Notes: generated from the letters alone by a model not told the origin. A stretch of 64,000 nt of DNA from Callorhinchus milii (GCF_018977255.1 NW_024704742.1:54252001-54316000); one strand, 5' to 3'; numbered from the stretch's first letter, positions 27,178 through 41,630 are shown. A program made the numbers and translations.

Positions 27178-28108
27178 GTGGGAGAAATTCTACCTGGGTC
27201 ATGATTTACTCTATTTATCTTTTGAGAACTACAGAAAACCGCCTTCAAAGTTCGGGCTGAAATCAACAATTTACCAAATTCTGGATGTTCTAAAATGACA
27301 ACAACAACAACTAATTACATTTATAGAGTGCTTTTCATGTCAGAAGGACGTCCCAAGGTGCTGGACAGTTGGGTCAGCACCCGAGCATGGGGGACGGGTG
27401 GGGTAGGGGTGAGGGAAAGCAGAGAGGTGGGAGGGCGACTGAAGGCACGATCGAAGAAGAGGGTCTTGAGACCGGCCTTGAAGGAGGCAAGGGAGGAAGC
27501 GAGGTGAAGAGACTGTGGGATGGAGTCCAGAGTGTGGGGGCAAAGAGGCTGAAAGCCCAGCCACCAATGGTAGGGCAGGTCGGGCGGGAGACATGGAGCA
27601 GGGAGGAGCCTGCTGAATGGAGGGAGCGGGCAGGTTGGTAGGGAGTCAGCAGGTCAGAGAGGTAGGAGGGGGCAAAGCCATAGATGGCCTTAAAGGTGAG
27701 GACGAGGATCTTGAACTTGATCCTCTGGGGGATGGGGAGCCAGTGGAGTTGTCAAGGGTGGGAGTGATGGGGTCACGGAGCCTGGTGCGCAAAAGTACAC
27801 GAGTTGCAGAGTTTTGGATGATCTGCAGCTTGTGAAGGGGAGAGTTAGGAAGACCGATGAGGAGGGAGTTCCCGTAATCGAGCCTTGAGGTGACGAATGC
27901 GTGGGTGAGGGTTTTGGCAGCCTGAGGGGTGAGGCAGTGGCAGAGTCTGGCAATGTTGTGGAGGTGGTGGTAGGCAGTGCTGGTCATAGCACGGATGTGG
28001 GGGAGAAAGGACAGTTCAGAGTCAAACAAGACACCCAGGTTCCTGACTGGCTTAGTGACTGGCTACATAAATAGAGTAAATCTAAATCACAGGTGGATTG
28101 CTCCCCAT
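27178..28108. mobile_element. MITE-like element with terminal inverted repeats, split by an L2
   Basis: Left end tgggagaaattctacctg..gatttactctattt; right end aaatagagtaaatc..caggtggattgctcccca. An uninterrupted relative lies at ~35620-35737. Confidence 0.65.
27298..28058 (-). mobile_element. L2 3' fragment inserted in a MITE-like element
   Basis: FDSELSFLPHI...HAFVTSRLDYGNSLL, with tail. Confidence 0.9.
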
Positions 28109-28123
28109 CTGTAGTAGTTACAT

Positions 28124-28470
28124 ATAATAATCCTTGCATTTGATATAACGCTTTATCAAGTCTTCAAGGCACCTCAAAACGCTTCACATATTACACTGTA
28201 AAGTGAATTGACTGTATATTTTGTCCCGAAATGCGGCAGCCAATTGAGCACAGCAGTGTCCCACAAACAGTCGTGAATTGAGTGATCAAATTTTTATTTT
28301 TTTTAAGCAATTATTACCCCTGGAAAAGTGATCTGCCAATCGACTAACAACCAGGTTCCGACTTACAGCCAGGCATACAGTGGCTTGTGGAGTAAGGAAA
28401 CTTGCCTACCGGAATTGAACCCAGGTCCTCTCGCTTGAGAGGTGAGTACTGTAACCACTAAGCTACAGGT
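28124..28470 (-). mobile_element. Type A tRNA-SINE
   Basis: Reverse complement of the 250-603 family. Confidence 0.85.
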
Positions 28471-30236
28471 GTCCATCTGCAGTTAAGTGGTTAGGAGTCC
28501 TTAAAGGCATTTTGTTCAATTTTTAATTATTTGCTGAAAGTTTGTATTTTGATCCCACAAACGAAAGGCTCTCAGTGAGAATTGCCCTTGACTTGTTTTC
28601 CTTTGAGAAGCCATTTCTCTCCAGCAGTATAAATCAATGGTCATGGTGCATAAGTACAACAGAAACAGATTCATATGTATTGTTCATTTTCAGACAGGTT
28701 CAATTTATGTCACAGAACTTGACATATAGAATCAAATATTTGTGTTTAATCTCAAAACTTTGCAATTAATGTAACTTCAAAATTTCCTATTGGCTTTTGG
28801 AAGGATCATTTTATAAAAAGGTTAGAGGTGGAAAGTCTAGTTATATTACAGAATCCACTGATTCCATTAGAGTCGTTAACTATTTCATATGCCAAAATCT
28901 CAAATTTGGTCACAGTTGACAGCTTGTTTCAAATAGGCCTGCTGGCTAAGCTATCTCTCTGACCCACATAAAGTCTGGTTAATTATTCATCAAACCTTTA
29001 TGCCTTATGCATGACAAAGACACAAGCATGTTACAGATATCTGCACGGGAACTATTCCAATGGAACAAATTCTATCATTGCCTGCTTCAATGAGAATAAA
29101 TAACAGTGCCCTCGTGTCTGCTATTTCTACTGCAGATGTATTTAGTTTATTCCACTTTATAAATTATATTGTCCTCCCACAAGTGTCTTCTTGTGCGACT
29201 CATCAGCAATGCCGGGGAATAGCTGATTCAGACCTAGGGAGACGATGATTGTGGTACTTATGTGTTATCTATCACCACAATGATTGCATTTGATATAGAG
29301 CTTTCCATGTCAGGAGAATGTCTCAAAGCGATTCACTGTGAAATGCAGTGACTGTGTAATTTCCTGGGGCAAAAGCAGCAACCAATTTGCAAAGCAACGT
29401 GCCACAAACAACCACAAACAATTGTATTTGGGGATTTAATGTCATGGGAACTTTAACGCCCACCTAAACAGGTAGGAGGGACCTCAGTTTAATGTCTCAT
29501 TTGAAGGACTGCAACTCCAACCATGCAAAATATCCCCAGCACACTGACGATATTTCCCCCACACCATGTGTGTAAATTGTAAACCTGAAAAAAGGGTAGA
29601 ATAGACAGTATCAGGATTGGACATCCAAGATCAAGCAGTGAGGTAGATTTGTAATAAACAGGGGAAGTGGCTACAGGGAGGGGGGGGGGGGCTCCGGCCT
29701 ACACTAACCTGTTGCTGAGCATTTTGTAGGTGGAGGTGGCTTTGCCATGTCTATTTGTCAAAGCCCCCTCACATGGTGACCCAGTTAACCAGCTGGTATG
29801 TTGCATTGGACTTGGACCACAAGACCATCAAGATAGCCGGCATGTTGTAAGCTGTCCTTTAAAGGTTCCTTTACCACGCTGAAAGCAAATATCTGACAGA
29901 TAACCGGTAAAGAAGCCCCGAGACAGCTGCTGGAAGGAGTTATCTGGAGTCAGGAGTTATGAAAATGTGTTTATATATCCAGAGTTTGAAATCCACCTTG
30001 ATTGGTTTGAGGAGAGGTAAACAGCTACTGCTCAAGCTCTGCACCTCCAACTGTTGGAACCATCACTCAATGGATCAAGTGTGTGTCCAAGCTGTGGGCA
30101 GGAAAATCGTGGCAATGCTATCATTCATTTCATGCTGAACTGTGTTGCACACCAGGGAGCTCACAGGGAGTTCCTGGTATCCGTCATCCACCTAGTGAGG
30201 GCTCAAACCCACACTTGTCAGATGCCAAATGACCAA

Positions 30237-30700
30237 CTAGTGACTATTCACTGGGGGTGGGGGGAGGGGGAGGTTAAGTGTGGTCTCTTTAGAGCTGAAC
30301 TGGCTCCAAGGTGATGTGCTTTGGAATGGAATGTCAGAACAGAGTCAATCTTTTGCTGTGGTCTCGGTAGTCTGGTTCCTGAGCCAGGTGCATCAGCAGT
30401 ATTTCAGAGCACAGCCGAAGACAGACCAGTCAGCCTGACTCATCAGCAGGACTTGAAAGGACAGAGCAGTCACGAAAGCGGGGATTCTTCCTACTCAGTT
30501 CCTGTTAACCCTGAAAGCCAAAGCCCTAATGGGTAGGGTGGGTCACAGCTGGACAAGCAGTGGGAAAGCATGAGAGACAGCAATATCAATGGCAAGCTAT
30601 GCGGTTTTAGCTGGTTAAACTCCAGCTGTACCCCAACACACAATCTGGGGCCCCCAAGCTTTGGCTTTTGACAACTTGAGCCTAATACTCTCAGGAATTA
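30237..30700. repeat. Unclassified interspersed repeat, continues at 31372-31520 after the L2 insertion
   Basis: Reverse-complement homology to 56700-57295. Confidence 0.75.
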
Positions 30701-30708
30701 GGTATGCT

Positions 30709-31370
30709 ACCTCACCCCTCACGCTGCTGAAACTCTGGTCTACGCCTTTATCACCTCAAGGCTGGACTATGGGAACTCTCTCCTCGCCGGCCTTCCCGCC
30801 ACCTCCCTCCACAAGCTGCAGGTCATTCAGAACTCTGCAGCTCGTGTACTGTCCCGCACCAGGCTTCGCGACCACATCACTCTCACCCTCGCTCACCTCC
30901 ACTGGCTCCCCATCCCCCAGAGGATCGAACTCAAGATCCTCATCCTCACCTACAAGGCCATTCACGGCCTTGCTCCCTCCTACCTCTCCGACCTACTATC
31001 CCCCTACCTACCTGCCCGTACCCTCCGTTCCTCTGGCTCCGGTCTGCTCCACATCCCCCGCCCCAACCGCCCTACTGTCGGTGGCCGGGCCTTCAGCCTC
31101 TCAGCCCCCAGGCTCTGGAACTCCTTCCCCCAGTGCCTTCGCCGCCTCCTCCCTTTCCTCCTTCAAGGCCGGTCTCAAGACCTTTCTCTTTGACCGTGCC
31201 TTCAGCTCCCCTCTCGACTCTCTACCCCCTCCTTGCTCCCTCCCTTCCCTCCCCTCACCCTGACCATTTCCCCCCTGCTCGGGTCCTGACCCAACTGTAC
31301 AGCGCCTTGGGACGTCCTCCCAACGTGAAAGGCGCTCTATAAATGGAATTTTGTTTTTTGTTTTGTTGTT
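30709..31370 (+). mobile_element. Young L2 3' fragment with 7-bp target-site duplication
   Basis: Near-identical to the 8541 and 32110 copies; GTATGCT at 30702-30708 and 31371-31377. Confidence 0.92.
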
Positions 31371-32109
31371 GTATGCTGGGTAGATCCCTTGGGGGAGAGG
31401 GAGCACATTCCATTACAAACACAGAAATGTCCATGTGTTAGAGGCATGGATGGAATTCTCAGTCTGGTTTGGATAATCTTTAGCCTTGTGATGAGCTCTG
31501 AGATGCTATCCTGTGTAAAGGGTGTTCTACTAATGCAAATAGTTTTTTGTTGTTGGTGATAGTTTCCATGTGTATTAAATGCCCAGCTGAACAATACAAA
31601 TTGGATGTCAATCTCATTCTGATCATACTTTAAAAGTAATTATTCTGTATATTTTTCTCATTAAAAATAATCCAAGTTGTTTTCTGCAATTCTTACAAAT
31701 TAGATGTGATATTATCCACATTTGGTTAGTTACACAGGTATGGAACTACTCTGTCAATCCCATACATGAAAATCAATCCCCTTTCAGTGTAAAGGTATAT
31801 TTGTGAAGGACAATCCCTGACTGGTATATCATAAAATAGATTTGTTGTTTCCTCTAGCTTCAAATTTTAAAAAGCATAATCTCATGCAACTAGCTAAGTA
31901 TCATCTCTTTCCAGTTCGGTGCACTTGCACTCTTCCTCATTAGTTCATCATCTCACATTTTCAAATTACTCAAGTGTAAATATCACTATGATTTTACTAG
32001 TCTACCGTGAAATAACAGAATCCTTCTTCAGTATAATAGTTACACATTAACTCATCATCTTGCTTAATAGTATCCAAATCAGACAGAGTTCCATGTATGC
32101 CACATATAC

Positions 32110-33120
32110 CTTTCCTCCTCTACCCTCAACTCCACGACCACCGATGTCCTGACAGCCTACCTGTCTGACATCGAGTCCTGGACGAGAGACAACTTTCTTC
32201 AGCTCAACGTGCATACAACTGGGGCCCTCCTGATTGGCTCACGTCAGCGCCTCCGCACCTCAGGCACTGACAGCATCAGCATCCAAGGCTGCACTCTCCA
32301 CCTCTCAAAGCCGTCAGGAACCTCGGTGTTCTGTTCGACCCTGAGCTGTCCTTTCTCCCTCATATCCGCACCACAACTGGCACCACCTTCCATCACCTTC
32401 GGAACATCGCCAGATTACGGCACTACCTCACCGCTCACGCTACTGAAACTCTGGTCCACGCCTTTATCACCTCAAGGCTGGACTATGGGAACTCTCTCCT
32501 CGCCGGCCTTCCCGCCACCTCCCTCCACAAGCTGCAGGTCATTCAGAACTCTGCAGCTCGTGTACTGTCCCGCACCAGGCTTCGGACCACATCACTCCCA
32601 CCCTCGCTCGCCTCCACTGGCTTCCCATCCCCCAGAGGATCGAATTCAAGATCCTCATCCCCACCTACAAGGCCATTCACGGCTTTGCTCCCTCCTACCT
32701 CTCCGACCTACTATCCCCCTACTTACCTGCCCGTACCCTCCGTTCCTCTGGCTCCGGTCTGCTCCACATCCCCCACCCCAACCACCCTACCATCGGTGGT
32801 CGGGCCTTCAGCCTCTCAGCCCCGAGGCTCTGGAACTCCATCCCCCAGTGCCTTCGCCGCCTCCTCCCTTTCCTCCTTCAAGGCCGGTCTCAAGACCTTT
32901 CTCTTTGACCGTGCCTTCAGCTCCCCTCTCGACTCTCTACCCCCTCCTCGCTCCCTCCCTTCCGTCCCCTCACCCTGACCATTTCCCCCCTCCTCGCTCC
33001 CTCCCTTCCCTCCCCTCACCCTGACCATTTCCCCTCTGCTCGGGTCCTGACCCAACTGTACAGCGCCTTGGGACGTCCTCCCGATGTGAAAAGCGCTCTA
33101 TAAATGGAATCTTGTTGTTG
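32110..33120 (+). mobile_element. Young L2 3' fragment
   Basis: Frameshifted ORF2 C-terminal region and 3' UTR carrying a 46-bp tandem duplication. Confidence 0.92.
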
Positions 33121-36100
33121 ATGTGGACATTTCCCCTGTGGCTAGAATGGGATGCATGCTCCATATATTTCATAGAACTCCAACTATCACATTATAACTG
33201 AGCCAATGAGCTCTACTGTGTTGGTTGGTAGTATAACCACTGCTGCTGCTTTTAGTCTCTTGGAACCATATTTGATACTGTATTGCTTGATGAGGTGTAA
33301 CTCGAATCCAAACCTATTTGGGGAAAGCCTTTGGTGAGCATGTTTGTTATAAACTGATAGAACCAGGCTCTTAGTTTGACTTCAAATCTCTTATATGTGG
33401 ATTCTTATTGCAATATCAAAATAAGAAAGTTTCTTGAATAGTGTAGTATGGGAAAGTTAGAAACCGTGGGGGGAGATAAGCAAAGCTCTCAGAATCAAGT
33501 CTCGGTAATCCAGTTCCTGAGCCAGGTCCACAGTATTCCACAGAGCTAAAGAAAGACCAAATCCTGTTGATAACCCAGCTGGCTGGAGGGGCAGACCGGA
33601 AAAAACAACTTTCTCTGTTTGAATAGTGCCATGGGATCTTTAATGTCCACCTGAACAGGCAACCAGGACCTCAGTTTAATGTCTCAAAGGAAGGACGGCA
33701 CTCCCCCAGCACTGTGCTGGAGTGTTACATCAGACATTTAGTTAAAGTTGGCGCTGTTAGCTATTTGCCAATTTCTCATAAATTGACGGTGTTGTACTTC
33801 ATTTTTCATTTACTTGATGTTAAAATAGCCATTCGATCAAAGCAAAATGTGCAGTATAACCAGTCTCTAAATTGGTTGGTTGAATCAGATTAAATGGCCT
33901 GTTGATCTTAACACAAATGTAATGTAGTCAAACCTTTTAATCAACTAACTACCTTTATGCTCCAATCATTATTTTTACTACTGGAAGGAATCTCTAAATA
34001 GCTTTGAAGAAATATGGCAATTAAGTTTCTGCACTTCATGTCTGGGAAGCTGTTGCAATGTTAATTCCGCATGAAAACCACAAGTACAAGATAGGAGTTT
34101 GATAATGAGTATTCTCATCATACAAGGCTAATTAATTCAGTTTAAATGCATTGTGCTTCAATAGTATATCTGCAGTGAATCATTCCAGGTCGATTCGCAA
34201 ATTAATCAAAAATACAGACACTTTACAACATCTTTTACTCTCGTGCATTAAAAGTAAAAGGTCTGTGGCGATGTGATATTTGGAGTTTCTTAGATAATTA
34301 AGAGGATCAGCACAAAGGATGGCTTCAGATCTCTCATAATAATAATATCAGGAAAACACACTTTACAAATTTTTTAGAGTGGACATAAAATGGGAAGAAG
34401 AGGGTTAGGCCTCGTCAGAGCAAACTGCCAAAACATGTATTAGTTATTACAATATTATACAATTTATTTATACAGTGCATTTCTCATTGGCAGGACATTT
34501 CAAAACACTTAACAATGCTGGATGGGCACCCGAGCTGGGGTGGGAACTGAGGACAGGAGTGAAGGGAGCATATAAAATGTTATAGCATATTAAAAGTTCT
34601 TGTAAAAGCTTGATATGCCATGACCTTGATAAACTTCCAGAGTGGGATAGATAGGCAAAATTGGTTAACTTCAAAGTAAAACAGGAGATCTACAGACAAA
34701 TCTTTTCAATCTATTAATGATTGAAAATACACTTTAGAATACTGGTACAGAATCAGGCACATTGCAATTCTCTATATTGGAAATGATTTTAAGATTTACT
34801 CACTCAGCATATATCATGCATTTAAAATATATCTCTATAGAAGCTGCATTTTGTGCAGTGTAGTGAATGATACTTGTTCCTTACAATTTTGAAGTAGGAA
34901 GTGTTATTCAAATGAAGCATGGGGTAAACATTGTAAAGTGATGCACAAAAAATCCAGGCTGTCAACGCCTATCCTGGAAAACCATCTTAACTCTAACCAA
35001 AGGTGCGTGACTAGGAAAGACAAATGACAAGTGCAAGTGGCTTTGAGAGCAACCGTTTAGATAATGATGTGTATATATGTTTGTGGGTCATGCCCTCAGC
35101 CACACATCAACAGGACAGAATTTTTTGTGCTGAGAGAATAATCACTTGACATGTTCCAATGTTCACTTCTGGGTTAATTTGTCAACCCCACATGATTCAA
35201 ACTACTTATCTGCATAAGAGCAGGATCAGAAAATTAATCAAAGATGACTGCTACTACAGCAATATACAGGCTACATATCTGTAAATATAGCATCTAAACC
35301 TAGCAGATTTGTCAATCGTATTTAGCAGTCAGGCTTACTCAAAGAGAGCCTGTGAACGGACTTTCAGAGGCTGTTAAATGCTCGGTAAAATGAAAATGTC
35401 TGGTATTCCTTTCTTATTGAGATAAATGATGAAAATGAGTTACAAAGTGTGAAGGATATGAGGTATCAGGTAAGAAAAACATGCCATTTTTCATATATGG
35501 AACAATATTTCACCTGAGTCTAGATGTACTTTACTTATGTAACATTTTGGAGCTTCAGAATTTGTAAGTTCTCAAATACAACGTTAATTTTAAAGTTATT
35601 TTATTATTAAATTATTTAAGAACTACCGAAAGCAGATTTCAAAATTCAGACTGAATTTGACAAATTGTCAAATTCTGGATGCTCAGAAACGCTATACAAA
35701 TAGGGTAAATTTAGACTCAAGCAGAATTTCTTCCCAATAGTTTTCATTCAGGTCAATAAAAAGTGAGTAATGAGCAATTGAACAAATAAAATGAATAGAG
35801 TTGTACTTGCTAAGCATTGTAATGTTTCATTTAAATGCACTGTTTACAGATTATTTGTTTAGTTTCTCCCACATATACAATGAATCAATTTTACAGTATA
35901 TCCTGTGAAGGGCTTTGAGACGTCTGAATATCATGACAAGGCATTATATCAAATGCAAGATTAAATTAAATTATGCTGCTATTTACATACCGGTTTCACA
36001 GCTAGGTTTTAATGAATGTTATTAATGTTTGCAATCAGTGTAGCAACAATTAAAACCTTTTACTGTAGTCCCACAAATACCAAACCTATTACTCTTTTTA

Positions 36101-37929
36101 CAATTGTTTTGTAAAAATAAGAAAGCTGCTGGTTGATGTGTAATCTTTGCATCACAAATTCTAACCGAATTTTTTTAAATTGCGGTGAATGCTAACTTAT
36201 ATTAATATAATAATAGCATTTGGTACAGTACCTCATCATGCTGTTAAGCTGTCTCAAAGCACTTCACAGGATTTTACTGTGAGGTGCAATGACTGTGTGT
36301 TTTGTAGGCAAACGTTGCAGCCAATTTGTGTACAGCAGTGTCCCACAAACAGCCATGAAGTGAATAACCAATTTTATTTGCGGAATTTTGGCCAGGACAC
36401 CGGGTGAAATTCCCTTCTCTTTTCATACAATGCCATGGAATCTTTCACATCCACCTAAAAAGGCAGATTGGACCTTGGTTCAACATTTCACCGGAAGGAC
36501 TGATGAATATTAGAGTAATTCATAGAATCATACAGCACAGAAGCAGGCCATTCGTCCCATCGTGTCTGTGCTGGCAATTTGTTTGAAGTAAAATGTTTAT
36601 TTGTCTGACTTATTAAGTGTTAAGTTTTGCCAATGACAAGGCTCTAGAAAATTATATAATACAAATTTATTCCTTCCTTCCTCTCTCTTGATATTCTTGT
36701 TGCAACTGAATTAGATTTTTGGAATGTTCAGTCACAGCTCTTTATCCTAGAGATCCTGTTATCTTTGATGCATGCACATCACTACAACAACAACTTGTAT
36801 TTATATAGCACCCTTCACGCGGGGTAACGTTCCAGAGCACTTGACAGTGGTGGAGTGTGAGACTGAGCCAGGGGGAGAGGGAGGGGAGAGTTTTGCTCGG
36901 GTGAGTATCCAAGCGGCGGAGTTTGGGATTCATTGAATTTTGTGAATGGTGGATCTGCTGAGACCAGCAAGGAGGGCCTTGGAATAGTCCAGCCGGAAAG
37001 TGATGAAAGTGTGGACGAGGGTTTCTTTGCATTGGTTGTGAGCTGTGGACCCCCACATCAGTCTCTGCCTGTTGTCTCACCCACTCCGACCTCGCTGCTC
37101 GCATCTGACCATGAGACAGAAACCCTGGGATCTCTCACCTGTCGGCCTTGAATTGGCTCCCTGTACATTGTGATGAACTGTTCCATCTTCCAGACAGCAA
37201 GGAATGCAAAAATAATCTGCTGCAGCTACAAGTGCTCACAAATAAATAAATCATACCCAGAGACTATTGGATTGAATGTTCCTTCCTTTAGCTGGACAGT
37301 CCAACATGTTAATTATCGCTTTAAAGAAAAGTAACATTGTTTATTTCCTCCCCCCACTAGTCGGTATATTACCCGTTACTTCCCCTTGGCATTGCTTACT
37401 GTCCCAGCTCAGGTATTTCCTCCACTTCATCCTATGTCTCCATATTTCTGGAGCTTGAGACAGTTCTACACCCACGATATGGCTCGCTCCCCCTCACAGA
37501 ATGTACTGGGTGGCCTCTGTGTTCAATCCTCACTAATGAATGCAAGTCCCTATAACTAGATGTAACTTGACTAATGAGTTCTTCCATGACAACAGGTACT
37601 AGTAATTGCTATTTAAATTAAAGCGAATTGGGAAGCTTCCGTCCTCAGTCTTTTATTCTAAACAGACTGTGACCTGTGCTCAAAATACGAAACACTGCAG
37701 ATGCTGGAAATCTGAAACTGAAACAGAAGTCGCTGGGAAATATACAGAGAGGGGGGAGGCAGGGCAGGAAGACAATAAAGAAAATGAGGTAGAGGACAGG
37801 GGATGATGGGTTAAGGAGGTGTTAATAATGCAAAACAAAAGGGAGATTGCAACAGTAAAATCCACAACCCTCGGCATTAAATCTTAAAAAACACAATAAA
37901 TATCAACAAGCAACACTATGAACCTCAAG

Positions 37930-39835
37930 AAGATTACATTTGTATAGTGCCTTTGACATCGGGAGGTCATCCAAAGGCACTGCATAGTGTACAGCATTTC
38001 AGACCCAAGCTGGGGTCGGGGGGGGGCGGGGGAGAAGGGAGGTGACCGATGGCATGGTGAAAGAGGAGGGTTTTGAGGTGCGACTTGAAGGAGGCTAAGG
38101 AGGAGGCAAGGCAGAGTGATTGAGGGTGGAGCAGACTGGAGCTGGCTGAGCGGGAGGGGGTTAGGAGGTCGCAGAGATAGGGTGGGGCGAGGCCATGGAG
38201 GGCTTTGTGGGTGAGGACCAGGATCATGAACTGGATCCTCTGAAGGATAGGGAGCCAATGAAGCCGGGTGAGAGTGGGGGAGATGGGGTCACGGAGTTTG
38301 GTGCGGGAGAGGACATAGGCTGCAGAGTTCTGGATTATCTGCAGCCTGTGGAGGGAGGAGTTGGGAAGGCTGACAAGCAGGGCATTTGCATAGTCGCGCC
38401 TGGAGGTGATGAAGGAATGAACAAGAGTTTCAGTGGCCTGAGGTAATGGCGGAGTCGGGCAATGTTACGGAGGTGAGGGAAGGCAGAGCGGTCATGGCTT
38501 GGATGTGGGGAAGAAGACAGTTGAGGGTCGAACAAGACACCTCGGTTCCTGACTGGCTTGGTGAGTTGTAGTGAGCAACCATGGAGGTTGATGTTGCCAG
38601 AGCCTGAGGTGCTGAGGCGCTGGCGTGAGCCAATCAGGAGGGCCTCAGTCTTGTTCACATTCAACTGTAGGAAATTTGCCCTCATCCAGGACTTGATGTC
38701 CGACAGACAGTCTGTCAGGACAGCAGTGGTCCTGGAGTTGAGGGTAGAGGCAGAAAGATGGAGTTGGGTGTCATACGTGTGGAAGTTGACCCCATGTCTG
38801 TGGATAATGTCACCAAGGGGGAGCATGTAGATATTAAAGAGGAGAGGGCCAAGGACAGAGCCCTGGGGGACCCCAGACATGACAGTGCGGGGCCTGGAGG
38901 AGAAACCGTTAGAGGCAACAAAGTGGAGATGGTGAGAGAGATAGAAATCGAACCAGGCAAGGGCAGGTCCACGAAGACTAAGTAAAGAGGAGTGGCGGTG
39001 TAAGAAGATGGAGTGGTCGACAGTGTTGAAGGCAGCAGAAAGCTCGAGGAGGACAAGGAGGCAGAGGGAGCCCTGATCACAGTTGTTCAGAATGTCATTA
39101 GTGACTTTGACCAGGGCTGTTTCGGTGCTATGGGCAGCGCAGAAGTCGGATTGGAAGGGTTCAAAGAGGGAATAGCGAGAAAGAAAGGAGTGGAGCTGGG
39201 ATGCGATGACTCATTCCAGGACCTTGGAGAGGAATCGGGAGGTTAGAGATGGGACGGTAGCTGGAGAGGTGGGATGGGTCCAGGGAAGGTTTTTTCAGGA
39301 TGGGGGTGATCGCGGCTGTTTTTAGGGGGGTGGGAACTGAACCAGTGGACAAGGAGAAGTTGATGATGTTAGACAGGAGAGGGGCCAGAAGGTAGAGCTG
39401 GGAGATGAGGAGAGAGGTGGGAATGGGTTCGACGGAGCAGCTGGTGGCTTTGAGTTTGCAAACAATCGCGGTGAGGGAGGAGGGAGAGATAGGTTCAAAG
39501 GAGTATAGGGGGGGATGGGTGGGGGTTGGGTCATGAGGGAGAGGTGATGTGGCAGTGGATGGTGCAGAGGTGGCTGAACATATCCCCTCGATTGTGGATT
39601 CAAGGAAGTTGGAGTTTGAGGAAAGGATGGGTGAGGCATGAGAAGGTGGATGGAGTAGATGGTTTATAGTGGAAAAGAGAAGCCTGGGGTTGTGTTTTTC
39701 CTCCAAGATAACCTTGGAGTAGAAGGAGGATTTGGCAGAGGCAAGAACGCAATAGTAGGTCTTGGTATGGTGAAGCCAAATCTGCCGATGGACCGTTTGG
39801 ATTTGGTCCAGGCGCGTTCAGCAGCTCGCACTTAT
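37930..39835 (-). mobile_element. Long L2 ORF2 relic including RT
   Basis: NPRLLFSTINHLL, LKTAAITPILKKPSLDP..YRPISNLP, SGVPQGSVLGPLLFNIYM; frameshifts; tail at 37930. Confidence 0.93.
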
Positions 39836-41149
39836 ACCTCCACAATGTAAATTATAGATAGTCAGACTTGGTGGCACTGCAAGTAACACAAATAACTTTA
39901 AATATATAAAAGATGTAAGTGAGCAATTGGGAAACAATGCACTTCTCTATCCACTTATGTAAAAAAAGCTATAGATAGTCAGACTTAATGGCACAGGAAG
40001 TATCACAACATTAAATACTTAAAAGATGTATTTAAAGGGCTGCTCAGACTGGCTAGTGTTAACACATGAACTTTACAGAACATATTATAAACAACAGACA
40101 GGCATAGAAAACAAAGAATTGACCGTAACAAGCTCACTAATAAAAGTTATTCAAGAGCTTTACGGTTTTAATGTTTTCTTAGAATTTAATTTCTCCCAAT
40201 GGGGAAATAACCATCCATCCTCCTCCCCACATAACTGTAATCAGGAACTCAGTGAGTTACAGGATTAATCCTCTGCTCTACTATTCCTTTTGACTATCCC
40301 CGGTTTGACTTCCAGTACAGTATAAGTGGCTACCAGTCAAGTTTTCATAGTTTAACAAAACAAAGAAAGCTTTCTGTCAAAACAAAGGCAAAGGAACCTA
40401 TGCCAAATTAAAGAGGATAGAACCAAAAAGCAATGTAACAGCTCAACTTATTTCTAATAACTATTAAGGAGGATAAGACGTTCTTTAGAAAGGTTTCTGA
40501 TAACAGCATAGAACGTCTTGCGTAGAATTAATATATGTATTAACGGAGATATATGAAGCAGCTATCAGATTGAACAACCAGTACTTTTCAAGGGTAAAGG
40601 TAATAGAACCAGGCAAGGCAGTGTAATAAATAGGATACTCATTCCTTGAAATAATTATAAAAAGATTCAAATTCATTGTTCTTACTCCACTCAAATTTGC
40701 ATATGATGTTCCTATTCTTATCTAATCACAGAAATGTCCTTAATTTGTTTTACAAAAGAAATGTTCAGGATATAGGAGACCAGAATCAAAATTACTGAAG
40801 ATTTAATCATTAAGGCCGTACAAAGGAAAGATAATTGCTTCTGTTTCTTTAATTTAATTCAATTTTATCTGAGGAATTAAGTGAATAATACATCAAGATC
40901 CTTTGGAATCCTGAGACCTAATAAAACAGAATTAGACCACTGGTACCCTATTTTAATCAGTCTCGCGCAACTGAAATGCCTAATAGCAGTATAAGCTAAT
41001 TTCAGCCATTCTCCCTCTTGCTCACTGGAACTCCATTCTGGAATCCCTGTGACTCATTCCTTCCCTCATCTCATTCAAGATCCATGTCAAAACATGTCTG
41101 CATTTTGGGACTTCTTGCCCCTCACCCACACACTTTGGCTCCCACCGCC

Positions 41150-41630
41150 TTCAACCTCCACCCGTAGTTTTTGTGTCCAGCTATCAGTGTCATTTTTAAA
41201 GCCCTACATGGTTTTGCTCCTCCCAACCTCCATTAAGCCCTTGCCAATCTGCCCACCCCCTCTGCTTGGGGGTACTGGCCTGATCCATATCCCCTGCTGT
41301 GCCCACTAACCATTGGCGGTCAGGCTTTCAGCCCTTCTGCCCCTCCTCTCTGGAACTCCATCCCAGAATCTTTCCACCTCGCCCCCTCCCTTGCTTCCTT
41401 CAAGGCTCATCTCAAGACATTCCCCTTTGATTGCGCCTTCAGTCACCCTACCACCTCTACCCTCTTACCCTCCACTCATCTTGATTCCAACTCAGGTGAA
41501 AACCTTTGACTATCCAGTGCCTTGGAATGTCCTCCTGACATGAAAGGTGCTATATGAATGCAATCTGTTGTTGCTAAGCGCTTTGAAACATCCTCCTAAT
41601 GTGAAACGTGTTATATCAATGTAAATTATA
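41150..41630 (+). mobile_element. L2 3' fragment
   Basis: Degenerate ORF2 end and 3' UTR. Confidence 0.75.

Noticed and set aside
6700..32001. A long minus-strand gene in which TAA/TAG and TGA would be recoded (e.g. as Lys and Arg); about 15 GT/AG-bounded segments can be chained in phase if stops are tolerated, and the single N at 7314 falls at the first base of an NAA codon in that frame
   Set aside because: Once stops are allowed any frame reads plausibly, and stop and Cys/Trp/Tyr frequencies looked like random AT-rich DNA. Several boundaries were chosen after the fact, one intron would be only 46 nt, and several segments overlap repeats (MITE end at 27194-27228, unclassified repeat at 14270-14360, hairpin at 22251-22365). 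Only cross-species codon-level conservation could rescue it.
30661..33024. Long Ser/Pro-rich ORFs of 200 and 271 aa
   Set aside because: Alternative reading frames of C-rich L2 sequence.
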